Shown piece after piece: positions 7,584-12,037 of a stretch of 12,037 bases of DNA. Origin of the DNA: Candidatus Thorarchaeota archaeon (GTDB lineage: Archaea; Asgardarchaeota; Thorarchaeia; Thorarchaeales; Thorarchaeaceae); the NCBI GenBank assembly GCA_048882325.1, contig JBHLRS010000023.1:35269-47305 (forward strand), given 5' to 3'. The notes under the pieces were generated by a model. That model did no database searches, was not told the origin of the DNA, and saw only the letters and a list, made by a program, of their open reading frames with translations. Made by a program: the position numbers and the translations under genes. Each line of letters opens with the position of its first letter. The stretch's first letter is position 1.

Positions 7584-8165
7584 ATGTCACGATTCTTCCG
7601 ACGAAAAAAGAAAGATGAGAAAAAGGCTGAACCAGAACCCGTAGAAGAAGCCGTAGATGAAATTGAAGAGGAACCAGCTGAAACTGAAGAAGCTGCACCT
7701 GAAACCATAGAGGAAGAGCCCGTTGCTACAGAGGTTGCAGAACCAGTAGCAGAAGGTAGAGGGGACACAATACCCTACCACGATTCAATCCAAGATCGAC
7801 TAGTGTATATGCTCAACGATCCTAAGATGGCAGATGGTCTAGAAGGCACCCATGAGTTCGAACTCGAGTTCATGGCTATGGGTGAACGTTTCTGGATTGC
7901 AAAGGCCCCCCTTGGCAATATTGAAACAAAGATTGGTAAGGCTGCTGACGAGGATGCTCATATCAGAATCTCAAATGATGCTGTTGCTGAACTGCTCACT
8001 GCATCAACCTTCGAAGAGTTCTCAAGACTCTACTTGAAGTACTACAAGACCTCAGACGCTGGCAGGTTCATCAAGATCGAAGCCCGTAAGCCAATCACAG
8101 ACATGAATCGAAGAGGATATGCCCGAGTTCCAGTGTTGAAACTCCTCATTGGTGCTGCAAGATAG
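7584..8165 (+). CDS. Hypothetical protein: basic/aromatic N-terminus, acidic E/P/A linker, C-terminal domain resembling SCP2 fold
   Basis: 193-aa ORF with an AGGAG RBS and coding-like composition. The domain assignment is by eye only. Confidence 0.8.
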   Translation: MSRFFRRKKKDEKKAEPEPVEEAVDEIEEEPAETEEAAPETIEEEPVATEVAEPVAEGRGDTIPYHDSIQDRLVYMLNDPKMADGLEGTHEFELEFMAMGERFWIAKAPLGNIETKIGKAADEDAHIRISNDAVAELLTASTFEEFSRLYLKYYKTSDAGRFIKIEARKPITDMNRRGYARVPVLKLLIGAAR

Positions 8166-8233
8166 ACACCATAATCTAGCAATAGGTTAAAATCCGACAT
8201 AGAGCCAACCTGATACATTCAGGTGGTTGTATC

Positions 8234-8917
8234 TTGCCCGAAATCAAGACCCCAATGGTAATAATCAATTTCAAGACTTATCCGCAAGCCACAGGCAAGA
8301 AAGCAGTTGCACTTGCGAAGACTTGTCAAGATGTGTCATTAGAATATGATGTCCCCATTATTGTAGCCCCTCAAATTCCTGATGTCTATCGAATTGCTGA
8401 GAGCGTGGATATTCCTGTTTTCTCCCAGCATATGGACCCAGGTGAACAAGGTCGGTTCACTGGCCACACACTCGGCGAAGCTCTAGTGGAAGCAGGATGC
8501 TCAGGAACACTCCTGAACCATTCCGAGAACAGAATGCAGCTTGCAGATATTGAACTTGCAGTTACAAAGGCAAGAAAGCTTGATCTCTATACGGTCGTGT
8601 GTACTAACAATCCTAGGGTGAGTGTTGCCGCTGCAACCATGAGACCGGACTCTGTTGCTGTAGAACCGCCTGAATTAATTGGAACAGGAATCTCTGTTTC
8701 ACAGGCTCAACCTGAAGTCATCAGTGGAACTGTAGAATTGATCAGAAATGTGAACAAGGATGTAGTCATTCTGTGTGGCGCTGGTATCAGTAATGGTGAT
8801 GATGTATCTGCAGCAATGAAGCTGGGGGCTCAAGGAGTCCTTCTAGCATCAGCTGTCGCCAAGTCTGATAAACCTGCAGATGTCCTGAAAAGCCTCACAG
8901 GACCTCTTGGAAAATAG
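8234..8917 (+). CDS. tpiA: Triosephosphate isomerase, archaeal type (TTG start)
   Basis: Motifs: INFKTY, LLNHSE, AVEPPELIGTG, CGAGIS and GVLLAS. The 227-aa length is typical of archaeal TPI. An AGGTGG RBS is present. Confidence 0.97.
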   Translation: MPEIKTPMVIINFKTYPQATGKKAVALAKTCQDVSLEYDVPIIVAPQIPDVYRIAESVDIPVFSQHMDPGEQGRFTGHTLGEALVEAGCSGTLLNHSENRMQLADIELAVTKARKLDLYTVVCTNNPRVSVAAATMRPDSVAVEPPELIGTGISVSQAQPEVISGTVELIRNVNKDVVILCGAGISNGDDVSAAMKLGAQGVLLASAVAKSDKPADVLKSLTGPLGK

Positions 8918-8972
8918 CACCTTCCGGATGATTTTTCAAAGTCTGGAGAGCGCCTCGCATAGGCGAGTCGGT

Positions 8973-9863
8973 TTGAAAGTGACATTAGAGTGTGCACACT
9001 GTCTACTTGAAAGAGCAATCAATCAAGTAAAGTTGGCAACAGATGATTCAGAACTTAGGATGCAAGTTGTCGCAGCTATGACGAAATTCCTTGGTGAGAA
9101 TTTTAATGGTGATGCGGTTCCCAGTCACATTGGAACTGATAGAGACCTACTTGTGCAAAAGATGACTGGCAATGACCCATATGAAGAACTCAAACACCAG
9201 TCAAATGAGATGGCGCTAAACATATTCCCTGAGCTTCAGAAGCTGGTGGATGAATACGATGATCCTGCGATGCGATTTCGAACAGCCACTTTGATTACCG
9301 CTGCTGCAAATGCTATAGAATTCGATGTATCGGGTCGTGACTTTGATCTTGATGAGTTACGACTGATTCTTGATAATGTTGAAACAGACCTTGTTATTGA
9401 CCAAGTTGATGAGTTCAGAACTCTTTTGTCGGATGTTAATGAGGTCCTTTACCTAATGGACAATGCGGGTGAGATAGTTCTTGATATGATACTCATCCGT
9501 CAGATCAAGCGTCTTGGTCCCAAAGTCATTGCTGTTGTTAAAGGTGGGCCCGTCCTAAACGATGCGACTGTGATTGATGCCAAAGAGGTGGGTCTGTTTG
9601 AGTGTGCTGACGAAGTTCGCGACACAGGAGCGTCAGCAATTGGAGTGAACTTGGATCGTATGTCAAATGAGTTCAAGGATCTCTTTTCAACCTCTGAGTT
9701 TATTGTGGCAAAAGGAATGGGCAACTACGAATCCTTGACTGAGCTGGAACTATCCTGTCCAGTAGTACACATCCTTAGGACAAAATGTAATCCTGTAGCT
9801 GAACATGTAGGTGTACCAAGGAATAAGAACGTCGTACTAATACGAAAACCGTCATCAGAATAA
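8973..9863 (+). CDS. DUF89/ARMT1-like damage-control metal-dependent phosphatase (subfamily with N-terminal CxxC)
   Basis: The likely TTG start at 8973 gives MKVTLECAHC, the family-typical N-terminus, and removes the overlap with tpiA. Motifs: DPYEELK..SN, DNAGEIVLD, KGGPVLNDAT, AKGMGNYESL and the C-terminal KC. Confidence 0.9.
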   Translation: MKVTLECAHCLLERAINQVKLATDDSELRMQVVAAMTKFLGENFNGDAVPSHIGTDRDLLVQKMTGNDPYEELKHQSNEMALNIFPELQKLVDEYDDPAMRFRTATLITAAANAIEFDVSGRDFDLDELRLILDNVETDLVIDQVDEFRTLLSDVNEVLYLMDNAGEIVLDMILIRQIKRLGPKVIAVVKGGPVLNDATVIDAKEVGLFECADEVRDTGASAIGVNLDRMSNEFKDLFSTSEFIVAKGMGNYESLTELELSCPVVHILRTKCNPVAEHVGVPRNKNVVLIRKPSSE

Positions 9864-9871
9864 TCGAAGGC

Positions 9872-10702
9872 CTATGCCATATCATTCTTGTAAGGTCTCA
9901 AAGCCCTTGCGAGAGGTCCTGACTCGGTGAACTCAATCTTCAATTCTGGAAAATCAAGACTCAGGACATCTCTAAGTCGCTTCATCCCCGGTTCCTCAGT
10001 TGTGAATGCTCCGAGTTCAAGAGTATTCACACCCTCCTCATTGGCGAGAAGTCGTAGTTCAGGAGAGAGATCACCAGTGACAAGTGTATCAAGGTTCAGA
10101 TTTTTAGCATTGATAATCTCTGGCATGTCCACAATGCCACCAGCAATGACGAGAACATCCTGTACTTCATCATCTAGGTCTCCTGAGAAAAGAATAGAAT
10201 CTAGTCCTAGTTTTCCCGCAATGAAATTCACAAAACCTGATTGATTCTTAACTCCAGGAGGTTTGCATATTCTGCCAATAGCTGTAAGCTCCCCAAAGTC
10301 ACTCTCAGTCATGAAATCTCCAGCTTTCTTAAAACCCAAAGATTCAATGAGTGCATCATTCAAGCCATCCCTCATGCAGAGCCATCCACTTCCCACAGTA
10401 TAAGCTGAGATGTAGTTCTTTGTCATTAGTCTTACTCTAACAAGATCCAGTCCAGCCAATCTATCGATTGCGAAAGGAAACATCGGACGGTATGTGACCA
10501 GAAGGTTAGCCTTGTCTTGCGTTGCTTTTGTGACTACTCTTGCTGATGGGTAGGTTGCTATCAGAACTCTATTGATGGTCGTGTTTGCTTGATCTGTTTC
10601 GGTCTGAGGACCAATCTCGACCCTCCCCTCGAGGCCTCGCATAGTATGTTCTCTTGGTGACAACTCACGCAGACGTTTAACTAGTTCTAGAAGGGTAGTC
10701 AT
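9872..10702 (-). CDS. NIF3/DUF34 (YbgI)-fold protein with degenerate metal site
   Basis: Family scaffold is recognisable: M.L.EL...L..L.P, RVLIA, ANLLVT..P, GLNDAL.E.LG, IGRI, VIAGG, DTLVTGDL and LG..TTEEPGM..L. ATG 10702 has GGAGAGGATGA upstream. Confidence 0.82.
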   Translation of the reverse strand: MTTLLELVKRLRELSPREHTMRGLEGRVEIGPQTETDQANTTINRVLIATYPSARVVTKATQDKANLLVTYRPMFPFAIDRLAGLDLVRVRLMTKNYISAYTVGSGWLCMRDGLNDALIESLGFKKAGDFMTESDFGELTAIGRICKPPGVKNQSGFVNFIAGKLGLDSILFSGDLDDEVQDVLVIAGGIVDMPEIINAKNLNLDTLVTGDLSPELRLLANEEGVNTLELGAFTTEEPGMKRLRDVLSLDFPELKIEFTESGPLARALRPYKNDMA

Positions 10703-10797
10703 GATATCATCCTCTCCGCTAAGCACACGGATGGCTGATAGTACCCTCAGTCTTATTCTTTTGCATGTCCATGTAATCAGAGGGCAGAGTACTTGGA

Positions 10798-11268
10798 TTA
10801 CTCTTCCTCAAGGTCTTCCTCATCAATGTCCTCGTCAAATGTGTAAAGGTCTTCAAGATCCTCGCTGATCTCTTCTACTTCAGGCTCGTCCTCAATTACT
10901 TCAAGCTCTGGTTCTTTCTCTTTCTTCTTTGGCTTCTTCTCTGGTTTTTCCTCAATAACCTCGAGCTCTGGTTCCTCTTCTATTTCTTCCATCTCTGACT
11001 CATCATCAAAGATTTCCAGTTCTGGTTCTTCTTCAATGACCTCTAGTTCCAAGTCCTTAGCTTTGGGCTTCTTCTTTGGTTTTTCTTTCTTTTTCTTCTT
11101 TTCAGAAACCTTTTGGACAGGTGCGACGGTACCCTTCCTTCTGAGTTTCATTAGGCTTGTTTTTGCAGCACGAAGTTTTCGCATTCTCCTAAAGTCGAGC
11201 TGCTCCGGATTCTGAGTCTTTCTAAGACGAGTCAATTCCCGTTTGATGGCCTTTTCCTTGTTTACCAT
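10798..11268 (-). CDS. Hypothetical highly charged, largely disordered protein (basic N-half, acidic repeat C-half)
   Basis: 156-aa ORF. ATG 11268 has a GGTG RBS and the ORF fills the gap between neighbouring genes. Its repeats diverge mainly at synonymous positions, which suggests it is coding. Confidence 0.8.
   Translation of the reverse strand: MVNKEKAIKRELTRLRKTQNPEQLDFRRMRKLRAAKTSLMKLRRKGTVAPVQKVSEKKKKKEKPKKKPKAKDLELEVIEEEPELEIFDDESEMEEIEEEPELEVIEEKPEKKPKKKEKEPELEVIEDEPEVEEISEDLEDLYTFDEDIDEEDLEEE
10861..11055 (-). repeat. Degenerate 27-nt (9-aa) coding tandem repeat, consensus EPELEVIEE
   Basis: DLELEVIEE / EPELEIFDD / ESEMEEIEE / EPELEVIEE / KPEKKPKKK(EK) / EPELEVIED / EPEVEEISE. Confidence 0.85.
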
Positions 11269-11308
11269 TTCGAAACACCATCGCAATACCAGCGTCACCT
11301 TGTGATTG

Positions 11309-11316
11309 TTTTATAA
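11309..11316. promoter_or_regulatory. TATA-box candidate in the divergent intergenic region
   Basis: TTTTATAA contains the palindrome TTATAA and sits between the divergent starts at 11268 and 11401. Confidence 0.45.
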
Positions 11317-11400
11317 CTGTGTCGTAACCCCCCTTTGACAAGCCTTTTCTCCTTCGCTGTAATGCAGAGGACGATACAAGCAGGCTATTGGGTGGTTGAG

Positions 11401-11922
11401 ATGAGTAAGAAGAAGAAACCTCAGATGACAAGTATTCGTCTTCGGATTGAGTCTGACCTTTTGGATCGAATTGATCAAGTTGCTGGAGAGAGAGGGCGTC
11501 AGAAATACATCCATGATGCAATAGTCTGGAGATTGGATGAGGAGCTCCCACCCGTTGTCTATGACCTCGTGCAAGAGGTTCAGGAATTAAGATTGCGTGT
11601 TGAACATCTTGAGGGTTCAAGTTCTACAAGTTTTCACCTTGGTGAACTCAATGAGGTTGCCCGACATGACCTGTGCAGTGATGAGCTTGACCGCAAGCTG
11701 CTTGCGATATTCATCAGAAAGGAAGGCGCAACAACCCCCGAACTCGCTATGGACCTCCTTGGTGACCGGAACAAGCGCAGGACTGTTCTTGACCGTATCG
11801 ATCGATTGAACAAACGTGCTCAGTCACTCTTTGGAGTTCCTGTCCTCGAATACAAAAAGGGCTTTTTCAAGAACAAACGCGGGGCTTGGTGGATTATTGG
11901 TCTGGAGCACGTCATTGTCTGA
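11401..11922 (+). CDS. Putative DNA-binding protein: N-terminal RHH, coiled coil, C-terminal winged-helix-like domain
   Basis: RHH: TSIRLRIESDLLDRIDQVAG..GRQKYIHDAI. Heptads: LVQEVQELRLRVEHLE. wHTH-like: DELDRKLLAIF....GATTPELA......RRTVLDRI.RL followed by a beta-hairpin. A GGTGG RBS precedes ATG 11401. Confidence 0.75.
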   Translation: MSKKKKPQMTSIRLRIESDLLDRIDQVAGERGRQKYIHDAIVWRLDEELPPVVYDLVQEVQELRLRVEHLEGSSSTSFHLGELNEVARHDLCSDELDRKLLAIFIRKEGATTPELAMDLLGDRNKRRTVLDRIDRLNKRAQSLFGVPVLEYKKGFFKNKRGAWWIIGLEHVIV

Positions 11923-11933
11923 TGTAGCAAATC

Positions 11934-11940
11934 TTTAAAG
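11934..11940 (+). promoter_or_regulatory. TATA box of the tRNA gene
   Basis: TTTAAAG lies 23-29 nt upstream of the tRNA 5' end and is preceded by an A-rich BRE-like stretch. Confidence 0.6.
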
Positions 11941-11962
11941 AACGCACCACTGACAGGCTCTT

Positions 11963-12037
11963 GGGGCCGTAGTCTAGCCTGGATAAGGCACCAGCCTCCG
12001 GAGTTGGTTATCCCCGGTTCAAATCCGGGCGGTCCCG
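11963..12037 (+). tRNA. tRNA-Arg (anticodon CCG), intronless
   Basis: Acceptor stem GGGGCCG/CGGTCCC plus discriminator G. D-loop contains GGA (A20, the Arg identity element). Anticodon arm is CCAGC-CTCCGGA-GTTGG with CCG at 11998-12000. T arm is CCCGG-TTCAAAT-CCGGG. Confidence 0.97.

Noticed and set aside
2933-7781. Short antisense or alternate-frame ORFs (e.g. 2933-3262, 4728-5024, 5237-5485, 5759-6055, 6813-7073, 7289-7576, 7577-7768)
   Set aside because: They are shadows of well-supported genes and have no recognisable motifs.
7255-8165. Toxin-antitoxin pair (RHH plus downstream gene)
   Set aside because: The downstream protein has no PIN, RelE or similar toxin features, and the genes are 98 nt apart with a T-tract between them.
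10740-10793. Minus-strand CCCTC...GAGGG stem with TGATTA/CTGA resembling a K-turn or C/D RNA
   Set aside because: The C box is mismatched at a pairing position and the interior is too short. It is better explained as the promoter region of the NIF3-like gene.
10861-11055. CRISPR array or mobile-element repeat
   Set aside because: The repeats are in-frame, degenerate at the codon level and lack unique spacers. No cas, transposase or integrase gene is in the window.
11222-11809. ORFs 11222-11620 (-), 11311-11574 (-) and 11597-11809 (+)
   Set aside because: They overlap the RHH/wHTH gene and its divergent promoter and show no protein-like signal.
1-12037. Selenocysteine or pyrrolysine read-through and SECIS elements
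   Set aside because: The recognisable proteins end at family-typical C-termini, and no internal TGA or TAG interrupts a domain.

Overview
Archaeal chromosomal housekeeping region. The archaeal call rests on an archaeal-type triosephosphate isomerase, a bifunctional FBP aldolase/phosphatase, GGTG(A/G)-type ribosome-binding sites, TATA-like boxes and an archaeal-style tRNA. The gene style suggests an Asgard/Thorarchaeia-like genome, but that is only my impression. Gene order: 5'-truncated FtsX/MacB-type ABC permease; uridine phosphorylase (-); class I DhnA/FbaB-type aldolase; FBP aldolase/phosphatase; parvulin PPIase (-); medium-chain dehydrogenase/reductase lacking the catalytic Zn ligands; CdrS-like ribbon-helix-helix regulator; hypothetical protein (basic N-terminus, acidic linker, SCP2-like domain); tpiA; DUF89/ARMT1 phosphatase; NIF3-fold protein that has lost its metal-binding histidines (-); charge-blocked disordered protein with 9-aa repeats (-); RHH/coiled-coil/wHTH regulator; tRNA-Arg(CCG) ending exactly at the window edge. 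I found no mobile element, CRISPR array or defence system. The best leads are the NIF3 pseudoenzyme with its upstream disordered partner, the possible membrane-tethered SCP2-like protein behind a CdrS-like gene, and the tandem glycolytic and gluconeogenic aldolases inside a sugar-phosphate/nucleoside cluster.
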